Below are positions 53,669-62,358 of a stretch of 64,000 nucleotides of DNA, piece by piece (the first letter of the stretch is position 1; each line of letters begins with the position of its first letter). Made by a program: the position numbers and the translations under genes. Below the pieces are notes generated by a model. It searched no databases and was not told the origin of the DNA. It was given only the letters and a program-made list of their open reading frames with translations. The stretch spans positions 20,880 through 84,879 of the forward strand of contig CAYPFA010000003.1 in assembly GCA_964410025.1 (NCBI GenBank), written 5' to 3'. The stretch comes from Candidatus Woesearchaeota archaeon. GTDB lineage: Archaea > Nanobdellota > Nanobdellia > Pacearchaeales > GW2011-AR1.

Positions 53669-54237
53669 ATGAGTCAGCACAATTCTCACCAATTGCTAGG
53701 GCGATAGTTTTAAGGGCTATAAGTTCTTTGCAAGTTAAAAATTTCAAAATAGCTGAAAGACATGTGATAAATACCGATATGGTTCCTAGAATGTCTGAAA
53801 AAATTCTTCCGCATAAATCTCTAACTGAAAGCCCCGTTCATGCTCATATTTTAGCAGCGCAAGTGTCAAAACCACTACCAACATTTTCGGATAAAAATAC
53901 ATCTGCGCCAATGCAGGTTATTCCACAACAGTCTTCAGGAAGCTATGGAAAAATTGCAAATTTAGTTCAAGATATAAATGTAACTCACATAGAATGTTTC
54001 GGACCGCATATTCCAGTAACCGTTATAAAATTCGGTCAAAAACAAATAACAAACATAATTCTTTCAGAAGATGAGATAAAATTATTTTTAGCATTTGTTT
54101 CCGAGAAATCAAAAATTCCACTTACTAGCGGAGTTTTCAAGGTTGTTGTAGACGGAATGCTAGTAAATGCGATTGTATCAGAAGAAATTGGCACAAAGTT
54201 TATGATTAAGAAAAATTATCAAATTAATTCTGCATAA
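53665..54237 (+). CDS. Hypothetical protein
   Basis: 190-aa ORF. ATGA overlap with the previous gene. Confidence 0.3.
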   Translation: MNESAQFSPIARAIVLRAISSLQVKNFKIAERHVINTDMVPRMSEKILPHKSLTESPVHAHILAAQVSKPLPTFSDKNTSAPMQVIPQQSSGSYGKIANLVQDINVTHIECFGPHIPVTVIKFGQKQITNIILSEDEIKLFLAFVSEKSKIPLTSGVFKVVVDGMLVNAIVSEEIGTKFMIKKNYQINSA

Positions 54238-54238
54238 A

Positions 54239-54520
54239 ATGGCAAAAGACAAAATTACAAAAGAAATAATAGAAAAATATCGAGCATTATCCGAGAAAGC
54301 TTTAGCGGAAGTTAAAAAAAATATTGTCAAAGATAAAAAAGATCAAGCAGAAAAAATCATCGAAATGGTCGAATGTTATTTATCTGACTCAAAACATTTT
54401 GAAAAACAAGGAGATTTAATCAATTCTTTTGGCGCTATTTATTATGCACATGGTTGGCTTGACTGTGGCGCAAGACTGAAAATATTCGACGTAAAAGACG
54501 ATAAATTATTCACAATATAA
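54239..54520 (+). CDS. Hypothetical protein
   Basis: 93-aa ORF. 1-nt gap after the previous stop. Confidence 0.3.
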   Translation: MAKDKITKEIIEKYRALSEKALAEVKKNIVKDKKDQAEKIIEMVECYLSDSKHFEKQGDLINSFGAIYYAHGWLDCGARLKIFDVKDDKLFTI

Positions 54521-54521
54521 A

Positions 54522-55418
54522 ATGGCTAAAGAAAGACTTGTATTTTTAGATATTCTAAAAATAATTTCCATAGTACTTGTTATTTCATTTCACTTTCTAT
54601 ATCAACTAACGCTAGATAATTCATTGAGATCAGTAGGATTTGTGGGAGTTTCTCTATTCTTTATAATAAGCGGTTTTTCTCTAGCAAAAAACTATTCACA
54701 TCACACGAACTTTTCTTTTAAATGGTTTCTAAAGAGATATTTGAAAATAGCCTCGGCATATTATGTTGCACTAATTTTAATTATAATTTTATTTGCCAAA
54801 CAATGTTATTCTGGAAATTTATTTTTAAACCTCCTAGCTCATTTCACCTTTACAGATTCGTTTTTTCCGCAATTTAGTTATGGTATAATAAGTCCAGCCT
54901 GGTTTCTAGCGCCCCTAATTGTTTATTATTTTCTTTTTCCATTTTTGAATAAAATAATAAAAAACAACTGGAAACTAATATTTATTCCGTTCATTTTTTC
55001 AGTTGCCATTCGTCTTTTGTATTCTGAAAGCTATGTTTCAACAAACTTTTTATTTTTCCTTGGAGAATTTTGTTTCGGCATAGCATTTGCATATAGCAGA
55101 AAAATTTGGCTAATGATTATTCCATTGATTATAATTTTAGTACAGCCACTAATGTATATTCCATTCATGATTTTCTTTTTATTTTCATTCGTAGAAAACA
55201 AGCATCTATCTTCAAAAACAATAACATGGATTTCTGGAAATATAATTTTCTTATTTTTATTTCATGAGGCCTTAATTAATCTTATATTTAACAAATGGCA
55301 AATTTATAATCTATCTGGATCAATATCGATAATTGTTTATATAACTTTAGTCGCATCTTCCATATATTTATCTAATATTATACAAAAAGCTTTGATTAAT
55401 AATAACAAACTTTTTTAA
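54522..55418 (+). CDS. Membrane acyltransferase (Acyltransferase_3/OafA-like)
   Basis: N-terminal RLVFLDILKIISIVLVISFHF and about 9 hydrophobic helices. Confidence 0.45.
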   Translation: MAKERLVFLDILKIISIVLVISFHFLYQLTLDNSLRSVGFVGVSLFFIISGFSLAKNYSHHTNFSFKWFLKRYLKIASAYYVALILIIILFAKQCYSGNLFLNLLAHFTFTDSFFPQFSYGIISPAWFLAPLIVYYFLFPFLNKIIKNNWKLIFIPFIFSVAIRLLYSESYVSTNFLFFLGEFCFGIAFAYSRKIWLMIIPLIIILVQPLMYIPFMIFFLFSFVENKHLSSKTITWISGNIIFLFLFHEALINLIFNKWQIYNLSGSISIIVYITLVASSIYLSNIIQKALINNNKLF

Positions 55419-55440
55419 ACAGCCGTATCTTTATTATTTC

Positions 55441-56142
55441 ATGCAACCAAATAGGTCAAAAAAGGTGGTAGTTTTAAGTCTTGGCGGAAGTCTTATCGTT
55501 CCCTATGAAATAGATTTGGAATTTTTGGGAAAATTTAGAGAAGTAATTCAGAAAAATTCTGATAAATATAAATTTGTCGTCGTATGCGGTGGCGGAAGTG
55601 TTGCGAGGAAATATATCTCAGCTTTAAAACAAGATAAGAAAAGTGATTATTTACAAAGCATGATTGGAATTTCCATAACCAGAACCAATGCCAGATTTAT
55701 GACATATTTCTTCGGCAAAGATGCAAACGAAGGGATTCCCCACGATATGAAGCATCTTGAAAATTTATTAAAGAAAAACGACATAGTTTTTTGCGGAGCT
55801 CTACGATACGCGCCCGACCAAACTTCAGACACCAATGCAGTTAAACTAGCAAATTACTTTCAAACAGATTTTGTGAATCTGACAAACGTAAAAGGACTTT
55901 ATAATAAAAATCCGCATGAAGACAAATCCGCAAAATTTATTCCTCGTGCAACAATTAATGAATTTAATAAAATTGTAATGGCGATTCCTCAGAAACCAGG
56001 AATGCACGCACCCGTAGATCATTCGGCAATGAAGTTAATTAAGAAGCATGAGATTAGAACTGTAATTATTGGCAAAGACATGAGGCAATTTGATAATTTT
56101 TTGAACGGAAAGCCTTTTGAAGGCACGATTATTGAGGATTAA
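55441..56142 (+). CDS. pyrH: Archaeal-type uridylate (UMP) kinase, amino-acid-kinase family
   Basis: VVLSLGGSLIVP, VVVCGGGSVARKYI, IGISITRTNA and TSDTNAVKLANYFQTDFVNLTNVKGLY align with archaeal PyrH. Confidence 0.75.
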   Translation: MQPNRSKKVVVLSLGGSLIVPYEIDLEFLGKFREVIQKNSDKYKFVVVCGGGSVARKYISALKQDKKSDYLQSMIGISITRTNARFMTYFFGKDANEGIPHDMKHLENLLKKNDIVFCGALRYAPDQTSDTNAVKLANYFQTDFVNLTNVKGLYNKNPHEDKSAKFIPRATINEFNKIVMAIPQKPGMHAPVDHSAMKLIKKHEIRTVIIGKDMRQFDNFLNGKPFEGTIIED

Positions 56143-56724
56143 ATGCCACAAGATATGACATTGTTCAAGCAGGAAGGAAGTCTTTATTTTAAAAGAATTA
56201 AAAGAAGATTGTATCTAGATAAATATGAAGATTATGAGGGAATAGACGGACTTTTAATTGATGCTGAAGAAGATGAAGCAAGAAAGATTATGCAATTTGT
56301 TAAAGCTAAAAATCTAAAGTTAAAAATTGCAGTTGTGGCCAGAGATGACACATACAATAGAAGAATTTTAGATACAATAAAGATTGATTATCTTGTTTCT
56401 CCAGAGCTAAGCCCCAGAATTGATACCTTAAAACAACGATCTTCTGGTCTAAATCATGTTCTTGCGACAATCGCCAGGGATAAAGATGTTACAATCGTAA
56501 TAAATTTATCAAATTTTATTTCAACGCAGGATCCAAAAATAAAATCAATCCTAATTTCAAGAACCATTCAAAACATAGTTGTTTGTAGAAAGGCTAATTG
56601 TAAGATAAAATTCGCCACCTTCGCACAATTTGAAAGTGATCTTTTAGACGAAAAACAAATATTTTCAATCGGCTCGTCATTGGGAATGTCAAGTCAACAG
56701 GCAAAAGATGCCTTTGAGTTTTAG
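56143..56724 (+). CDS. Possible RNase P protein component 3 (Rpp30-like TIM barrel)
   Basis: IDYLVSPE...GLNHVLATIARDKDVTIVINLSNFIS...IVVCRKANCKIKFATFAQFESDL loosely fits the Rpp30 pattern. Confidence 0.35.
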   Translation: MPQDMTLFKQEGSLYFKRIKRRLYLDKYEDYEGIDGLLIDAEEDEARKIMQFVKAKNLKLKIAVVARDDTYNRRILDTIKIDYLVSPELSPRIDTLKQRSSGLNHVLATIARDKDVTIVINLSNFISTQDPKIKSILISRTIQNIVVCRKANCKIKFATFAQFESDLLDEKQIFSIGSSLGMSSQQAKDAFEF

Positions 56725-56733
56725 AAAAACGAA

Positions 56734-56759
56734 ATTGACATGGCTTGTCCATGGCCTTT
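56734..56759 (+). repeat. Hairpin motif copy A: ATTGA-CATGG-CTTGT-CCATG-GCCTTT, followed by a T-tract
   Basis: Shares flanks ATTGA and GCCTT with copies B and C. The stem is different but still complementary (CATGG/CCATG). Confidence 0.5.
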
Positions 56760-56792
56760 ACTTTTTAACAAATTATTTCTAATTAAAAAGTA

Positions 56793-56818
56793 ATTGACAC
56801 AACTTAATTGTGGCCTTT
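56793..56818 (+). repeat. Hairpin motif copy B: ATTGA-CACAA-CTTAA-TTGTG-GCCTTT, followed by GAGTTTTA
   Basis: 26/28 identity to copy C. Stem CACAA/TTGTG. Confidence 0.5.
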
Positions 56819-56823
56819 GAGTT

Positions 56824-57066
56824 TTAATTATATCTTCCAGAATATCTTGCAAAAACTTCAATATTAATGTTGTTTCTTAAATCATAAACTTTTATCTCGG
56901 GCCCAAATCTTCTAATTTTATCTTCGAAAATCTTTAGTCTGCCTTCAGCTTCCCTGTGCTCTGCTAATTCATCTTTTTTCAAAACATAAGGTTTGCATGG
57001 CTTGTATATTATTTGTCTAACTGGCCCATTATTCATACTTTTGAAAATTGCCATTTGTGTATCCAT
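56824..57066 (-). CDS. Hypothetical 80-aa protein, last gene of rpoE-spt4-rps24e-rps27ae operon
   Basis: 80-aa ORF co-directional and closely spaced after rps27ae. Confidence 0.35.
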   Translation of the reverse strand: MDTQMAIFKSMNNGPVRQIIYKPCKPYVLKKDELAEHREAEGRLKIFEDKIRRFGPEIKVYDLRNNINIEVFARYSGRYN

Positions 57067-57087
57067 TTTTAAAATCTTAAAGAATTC

Positions 57088-57297
57088 TTACTTTTTCTTT
57101 GCTGTGAATTCAGTATAATGGCATTTGCCACAATACATTCTATTATCTGCCTTCATTAAGAAAGAAGCAGGTCCACATCTTGGACAATACGGTGCTCTAA
57201 CTATTTTTCCGCCTTCGATTTTATACATTGCGGATTTTTTAGAAGTAGGTTTGTTTTGATGTTTCTTCTTTCCTTTAATCTTTGATTTTACTGCCAT
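57088..57297 (-). CDS. rps27ae: 30S ribosomal protein S27ae
   Basis: Zinc ribbon CPRCGPASFLMKADNRMYCGKCHYTEF with basic N-terminus. Confidence 0.85.
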   Translation of the reverse strand: MAVKSKIKGKKKHQNKPTSKKSAMYKIEGGKIVRAPYCPRCGPASFLMKADNRMYCGKCHYTEFTAKKK

Positions 57298-57298
57298 T

Positions 57299-57613
57299 TT
57301 ATTTTGCTACCTCTGCTCTCTTTTTTTCTTCTTCAGCTTTTTTAGCATCAGCTTCTAATTTTTTTCTAATTTTTCTTCCAACTACTTCAATTTCATTCTT
57401 TGCCTTTTCATTATCATAAACCACAATGTCAACACTAAATTCTTCCTTTCCGAAGCTTCCTCTGATTTGTTTTACAACACAAAGAGCTTCATCTTGTTTG
57501 ATTAAATCAATAACTTCTTTTTTAGAAGGACTTTTTTCTGCAGTTACTTTTAAGAAGAATTCTTCTCTACATAACGAAGGATTTTTAATTTGTTTTATAA
57601 TATCGAATTTCAT
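57299..57613 (-). CDS. rps24e: 30S ribosomal protein S24e
   Basis: MKFDIIKQIKNPSLCREEFFLKVTAEKSPSKKEVIDLIKQ matches the S24e N-terminal pattern. Confidence 0.85.
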   Translation of the reverse strand: MKFDIIKQIKNPSLCREEFFLKVTAEKSPSKKEVIDLIKQDEALCVVKQIRGSFGKEEFSVDIVVYDNEKAKNEIEVVGRKIRKKLEADAKKAEEEKKRAEVAK

Positions 57614-57798
57614 TTTGTTTTTATAGCAAATCTGCCTTTTGAATTTATTTTTAAATTATGAGCAATAATTGATTTTTCTGGATTAAATATAACTGTTTCG
57701 CCTTTGAAACCATCTGAAAAAGCAGTTTCTCCACAGTTAGGGCACTTAGCTCCTTCAACCATCATTTTACATTTCAAACATGCTTTTTCTTTTACCAT
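57610..57798 (-). CDS. spt4: Transcription elongation factor Spt4 / RNA polymerase subunit E''
   Basis: KACLKCKMMVEGAKCPNCGETAFSD C4 zinc ribbon, 62 aa, immediately downstream of rpoE. Confidence 0.75.
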   Translation of the reverse strand: MVKEKACLKCKMMVEGAKCPNCGETAFSDGFKGETVIFNPEKSIIAHNLKINSKGRFAIKTK

Positions 57799-58406
57799 TA
57801 TTTCTTTTTCTCCTTTTTAGCTTTAGGTTTTTCTACACTCTCTTCTTTAGTTGCAGTTTTTGCCTTTTTAGACCTTTCCTTATCAGCACTTATCCATTCA
57901 AGTTTTCCAAGTCCAGGTTGTCTCATTGTTAAACCAATTTTTGGTTCTTCGCCTTTATATGAAATAGCAACGATTCTTGCCAAGCAATTGTCTCCAACAT
58001 TCAAAGATTTCTTTCCATCTTTTCCAGTTAAATTTCCAGTTTTAGAAAAAGAAACAAAATCATCCATTGTTTGTGAAATATGAATCATTCCTCTAACTAC
58101 GCCCATATCAATAAACGCACCGAAGTTTGTAATTTCTTGAATTTTTCCGTAAACAAGTTCTTGTAATTCTGGTTTAAAAACAACAAGTTTAAATTTTGAT
58201 TTATAATAAGCAGCACCATCACCAGGAATAATAATTCCATCAGCAACACTATTTACTTCTAAAACATCAACAACAGTTCCAAGTTCTCTATCTTGAAAAT
58301 TTTCATAACTTTTATGCAACTGTTCCTTTACAGCCTCAGCTGTTTTTAAACCAAACAATTTTGGCTCTACTCTTACATAATCCTCAACTTCGACTAAATA
58401 GAACAT
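57798..58406 (-). CDS. rpoE: RNA polymerase subunit Rpo7/E' (S1 domain)
   Basis: Rpb7-like N-domain (MFYLVEVEDYVRVEPKLFG...GIIIPGDGAAYYKSKF) and S1 domain (GKIQEITNFGAFIDMGVVRGMIHISQTMDDFVSF...ARIVAISYKG). Confidence 0.85.
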   Translation of the reverse strand: MFYLVEVEDYVRVEPKLFGLKTAEAVKEQLHKSYENFQDRELGTVVDVLEVNSVADGIIIPGDGAAYYKSKFKLVVFKPELQELVYGKIQEITNFGAFIDMGVVRGMIHISQTMDDFVSFSKTGNLTGKDGKKSLNVGDNCLARIVAISYKGEEPKIGLTMRQPGLGKLEWISADKERSKKAKTATKEESVEKPKAKKEKKK

Positions 58407-58439
58407 GATTTTATTAGAAAAAGTTCGTTTTTAAAGCTT

Positions 58440-58491
58440 TCGTCAATCGCCGAGTTATTTTTCACAAGCTAACTTGAAATGCGATTGACGA
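58440..58491. repeat. 11-bp perfect inverted repeat TCGTCAATCGC ... GCGATTGACGA (30-nt loop) followed by 15-mer GAAAAAGAATATTTT
   Basis: Arms at 58440-58450 and 58481-58491 are exact reverse complements. The 15-mer at 58494-58508 recurs at 58624-58638. Confidence 0.5.
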
Positions 58492-58555
58492 CCGAAAAAG
58501 AATATTTTCGGCTAAGTCGTTGAAAAATAATCTTTTTTAGGACAATTTTGAAACG

Positions 58556-58581
58556 ATTGACACAACTTGATTGTGGCCTTC
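58556..58581 (+). repeat. Hairpin motif copy C: ATTGA-CACAA-CTTGA-TTGTG-GCCTTC
   Basis: Near-identical to copy B at 56793-56818, located upstream of rpoE. Confidence 0.5.
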
Positions 58582-58620
58582 GAAGTTCGATTATTGTTTT
58601 TATCGACAATACGAACTTCG
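58581..58620. repeat. Nested inverted repeat CGAAGTTCG-AT-T-ATTGT-ttttatcg-ACAAT-A-CGAACTTCG, followed by second copy of GAAAAAGAATATTTT
   Basis: 9-bp outer arms at 58581-58589 and 58612-58620. 5-bp inner arms at 58593-58597 and 58606-58610. Confidence 0.5.
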
Positions 58621-58667
58621 ATAGAAAAAGAATATTTTTGACTATTATGTTTTTATTTTTAAACTAA

Positions 58668-58979
58668 TTAATGCCGTAACTGTTCCACAAGTGCAGATTC
58701 AACAAAAATTCTTCCGTCGTCAGCAATCATATATGGAACCGAAGTTTGTGTAAGATTTTTTACTTCTTTAGTAAAATCAATTCTTCCAGAACCAGAAATC
58801 ATAGTGTCAACAAAAACCTTTGTTGGCCCATTTTCATCGCCAGAAATTAAAGAAATTCTTTTTGCTTCCAATAATGCTCTCTGGACTGCATAAGAAAGCT
58901 CTCCGTGAAAAGGTCTACTAAGATTAGAATTTCCATTAGTATTTTCTATTGTATAAATTACTCTATATTCTTTTATCAT
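58668..58979 (-). CDS. Hypothetical protein
   Basis: 103-aa ORF with no recognised motif. Confidence 0.3.
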   Translation of the reverse strand: MIKEYRVIYTIENTNGNSNLSRPFHGELSYAVQRALLEAKRISLISGDENGPTKVFVDTMISGSGRIDFTKEVKNLTQTSVPYMIADDGRIFVESALVEQLRH

Positions 58980-59013
58980 AAAATTCCCTATAAAACTCCA
59001 CTTAAAAACGTTC

Positions 59014-59391
59014 CTATATTAACTCTAAATCCTTGAAATCTTTAATCACAAGAATCCTATTCCCAATTCTACTTTTCAACTTTTTATCCAGAGTTGCAAG
59101 TGCAATATCTTTTCCTTTAATGAATTGAAAAATTCCTTCGTCAACATGTTTATTTTTTATGGAAATATATTCTGGTTTAGCCATGTCTAAAAGCATAAGT
59201 GCAAGTTTCGCAGCATCCTTATCTTTTCCTTTTAATCCAGCCCTAGAACCAAGATCTTTCAATTCTGAAATAACTTCATTTGGCACAATCCACTTTATTT
59301 CTTCGCCAATCTTTTCATTTGCCACGCTAACAAAATCAATTTTTTGCTTCGCGCACGCCAATAAAAAATTTGTGTCTAATACAATTTTCAT
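59014..59391 (-). CDS. PIN-domain protein (putative ribonuclease)
   Basis: MKIVLDTNFLLACAKQKIDF N-terminal PIN signature with conserved Asp. C-terminal acidic residues. Confidence 0.55.
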   Translation of the reverse strand: MKIVLDTNFLLACAKQKIDFVSVANEKIGEEIKWIVPNEVISELKDLGSRAGLKGKDKDAAKLALMLLDMAKPEYISIKNKHVDEGIFQFIKGKDIALATLDKKLKSRIGNRILVIKDFKDLELI

Positions 59392-59448
59392 AATTTATAC
59401 AAAGAAATGAGGTTTATATTATTTGTCTAATTCAATTTTTAGTCCAAA

Positions 59449-60003
59449 TTATTTGGAGAAGTATCTTCTTATAATCGTTAAATCAGCTTCTTTATACATT
59501 TTAAATTCATGAGAACTTATTCTATCAGCCAACTTACCGTGGCCCAAATCAACCAAACATGCATCCTCTCCATCGGGTGAAATAACAATATTTGAAGTTC
59601 TACACAAATCCAACCTGGAGATTCCTAGTGAGTGCAGTTCATAAATAGTGTCTTCTAATTTTTTTTGAGAACGAGTGTTTGTAATTAATTTTTCAGTCTC
59701 TTCAAGAGTTTTGCCGTCGTAAAATTCTTTAAGTATAGCTCGGTTGTGTTTTTCTGTTTCCCTATATGCAGCCACCAAATGAGTTATTCCCGGAACTCCT
59801 CTAGCCAAATTTAAAAGTTCTTCCTCTGCCCTTAAATGTTCAACCACTTCTTCATAGCCTGGTTCGTTTTCATAGCCCATTTCAGTTGTTTTTAAAACAT
59901 AAAGCTTGCCTTCTCTTTCTACTTGGCATACTAGTAATGACGACGGCCTAAGTCTTCTCTTGTAGTGCAATGAGGGATCAATTGCTCTTACTATTTTTTT
60001 CAT
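59449..60003 (-). CDS. Bud32-like small atypical kinase (KEOPS) with divergent catalytic loop
   Basis: 184 aa. Catalytic-loop region ISRLDLCRTSNIVISPDGEDACLVDLGHGKL parallels Bud32 HGDLTTSNMLL...IDFGL, but HGD is replaced by RLD. Confidence 0.55.
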   Translation of the reverse strand: MKKIVRAIDPSLHYKRRLRPSSLLVCQVEREGKLYVLKTTEMGYENEPGYEEVVEHLRAEEELLNLARGVPGITHLVAAYRETEKHNRAILKEFYDGKTLEETEKLITNTRSQKKLEDTIYELHSLGISRLDLCRTSNIVISPDGEDACLVDLGHGKLADRISSHEFKMYKEADLTIIRRYFSK

Positions 60004-60126
60004 AACATCTAATGGGTAAAATCCTTTATAAATCTTCTTAATTGTAACTACTATTAAGATACATATATAATCAACTGCCCATCATTATTTTTAAAAAATA
60101 AAAAAATAAAAAATTTGTACGAGATA

Positions 60127-61506
60127 TTAAATATCCGGTAACTTTTTTAGCGAGTCTTCAAGTTCTTTTGAATCAAGAGCTACGTCTTTCAGCTTGCCTT
60201 CCATATAGTTTTCATAGGAAGACAAATCTAGAAACCCATGTCCACTTAAGTTAAAGACAATTGTTTTTCCATCATTTTTATTTGCTTCATCTATTGCTGC
60301 TTTAATTGCATGAGAAGATTCCACCGCCGGAATAATCCCCTCAGCTCTAGCAAAAACTATTGCCGCTTCAAAAACTTCCGACTGCTTATAGGCACGAGCT
60401 TCAATATATCCTTTTTCATAAAGCTGTGAAATCAACGGAGACATTCCATGATATCGTAATCCAGCCGCATGAATTGTTTCAGGAATAAATCCCGAACCAA
60501 GACTATACATTTTAAGTAAAGGAGTCAGTCCAGTAGTATCTCCGAAATCATATCCATATTTACCCTTTGTAAGCGACGGACATGCTTCGGGCTCAACGGC
60601 AATTGCTTTAACGTCTTTATATTTTCCGCTACCAGATAACTTATCCTTTAAAAATGGGAAACATAATCCGCCAAAATTACTTCCGCCCCCAACGCAACCA
60701 ATCACGGTGTCCGCTTTTTCGTCGATGCTATTAAGCTGTTCGATTGCCTCTTGACCAATTATAGTTTGGTGCATCAATACATGATTTAAAACAGAACCGA
60801 GTGCATATTTTACATCATTATTTTTCGCAGCTTCTTCAACAGCTTCGCTAATTGCGATTCCCAAACTTCCAGAACAATTCGGATTTTCTTTTAAAATTTT
60901 ACGTCCTGATTCTGTTTGGTTACTCGGTGATGCAATTACCTGCCCATTAAATAATTTCATTACAACTTTTCTAAAGGGTTTCTGTTCGTAACTACATTTT
61001 ACCATATAGACTTTACAGCCCAGTCCAAATAGATTACATGCAAAAGAAAGTGCAGATCCCCATTGTCCCGCTCCAGTTTCTGTAGTCAAAGATTTCACTC
61101 CTTCCATTTTATTATAGTAGGCTTGAGCCAAAGCAGTGTTTAATTTGTGTGAACCAGCAGGACTAACAGATTCATTTTTAAAATAAATCTTGCAGTTAGT
61201 TCCAATTGCTTTTTCCAATCTTTCTGCCCTAGTTAGTGGAGTTGGACGATATATTCTATATGCGTCTCTAACTTCCTCCGGAATTTTAATATATCTTTCT
61301 CGACTAACTTCCTGTTTGATTATTTCCATCGGAAAAATAACCGATAGTTCCTCTACACCAATAGGTTTTTTCGTTTGAGGATTTAATGGAGGAGCTAGCT
61401 CAAAAGGCATATCGGCCTGTATGTTATAATAAAATTCAGAGATTTCATTCTCTGAAAGAATAATCTTTTTATCAATATTTTTCATATTGTAAATACCTCC
61501 TTTCAA
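60127..61506 (-). CDS. trpB: Tryptophan synthase beta chain, TrpB2-type (standalone)
   Basis: 459 aa. PLP-lysine motif [11 protein letters not shown]. Glycine-rich loop [11 protein letters not shown]. Length and insertions typical of TrpB2. Confidence 0.85.
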   Translation of the reverse strand: MKGGIYNMKNIDKKIILSENEISEFYYNIQADMPFELAPPLNPQTKKPIGVEELSVIFPMEIIKQEVSRERYIKIPEEVRDAYRIYRPTPLTRAERLEKAIGTNCKIYFKNESVSPAGSHKLNTALAQAYYNKMEGVKSLTTETGAGQWGSALSFACNLFGLGCKVYMVKCSYEQKPFRKVVMKLFNGQVIASPSNQTESGRKILKENPNCSGSLGIAISEAVEEAAKNNDVKYALGSVLNHVLMHQTIIGQEAIEQLNSIDEKADTVIGCVGGGSNFGGLCFPFLKDKLSGSGKYKDVKAIAVEPEACPSLTKGKYGYDFGDTTGLTPLLKMYSLGSGFIPETIHAAGLRYHGMSPLISQLYEKGYIEARAYKQSEVFEAAIVFARAEGIIPAVESSHAIKAAIDEANKNDGKTIVFNLSGHGFLDLSSYENYMEGKLKDVALDSKELEDSLKKLPDI

Positions 61507-61797
61507 CTTTTGACACTTTTGCCAATCGGTAAAAACCGAAATAACAAAAGGTAAATGTAATTGACTTAATGCATTTAAAAAAACAAATATAAGGTAAACT
61601 AAAAGAAATTAAATTAAAGTAAAAAATGCCACCGATAATTGACAACTAGGGATCTATCTAAGAATAATTTTCTAAATCCACCGATACACCATTTGTGTTG
61701 TCATGATCTTAAAAGTTATAACTTATATTTAAACCTTTGTAATTTAATTTTTTTACTTTCCACAATCCTTAAATAATACGATATTCTTAATAGAAAT

Positions 61798-62358
61798 ATG
61801 GAAGAGAGTGATAATATACTTAGAATTTTAAAAGAGGCGAGAGAAGCAATCGAGCTAAATGATTCCTATAAATTAAAAATTCTTTCAGACCAAACCATTC
61901 ATGCAGCAACTATTTATCAAGACGCCGATAATATTTTAGTATCCGTAGTTATTTATTCTATGTCAAAAATAATTGAGCGAGAAAATTATAGAAAGATGCC
62001 TGGCTGGAATGAATTTTTCGCAATATTGATAAAAAATTTAGATCTAGCAATAAGTGCAATCGAGAAAAAACAATTAGAAAAATTTGTTCTAGCAATGGGA
62101 ACCATAAGAAATTCTATAAATGAAATAGAGGGAGATTTGCCAGTTTACATAAAAGACATTTTCTACAAAGCCGGAATAAATAAGGCTTTCAAACTTTACG
62201 AGCACGGTTTATCCGCAGAAAAAACAGCAGCATTATTGGGAATTTCTCTTTGGGATTTAGCATCTTACATCGGACAATCAACTGTTTCTGAATCGCATTA
62301 CAATGAATCAATTCCTGCAAAAGATCGAATTAAATTAGCAACAGATTTTTTCAAATGA
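61798..62358 (+). CDS. Hypothetical protein
   Basis: 186-aa ORF. Confidence 0.3.
   Translation: MEESDNILRILKEAREAIELNDSYKLKILSDQTIHAATIYQDADNILVSVVIYSMSKIIERENYRKMPGWNEFFAILIKNLDLAISAIEKKQLEKFVLAMGTIRNSINEIEGDLPVYIKDIFYKAGINKAFKLYEHGLSAEKTAALLGISLWDLASYIGQSTVSESHYNESIPAKDRIKLATDFFK

Noticed and set aside
56143-56724. Confident call of RNase P Rpp30
   Set aside because: The similarity is only a loose pattern match from memory. I kept it as a low-confidence call rather than asserting it.
61507-61797. ATTGAC-containing segments upstream of trpB as further copies of the hairpin motif
   Set aside because: Only the hexamer is shared. The stem-loop and GCCTT flank are absent. The hexamer alone is expected ~20 times per strand by chance in this composition.
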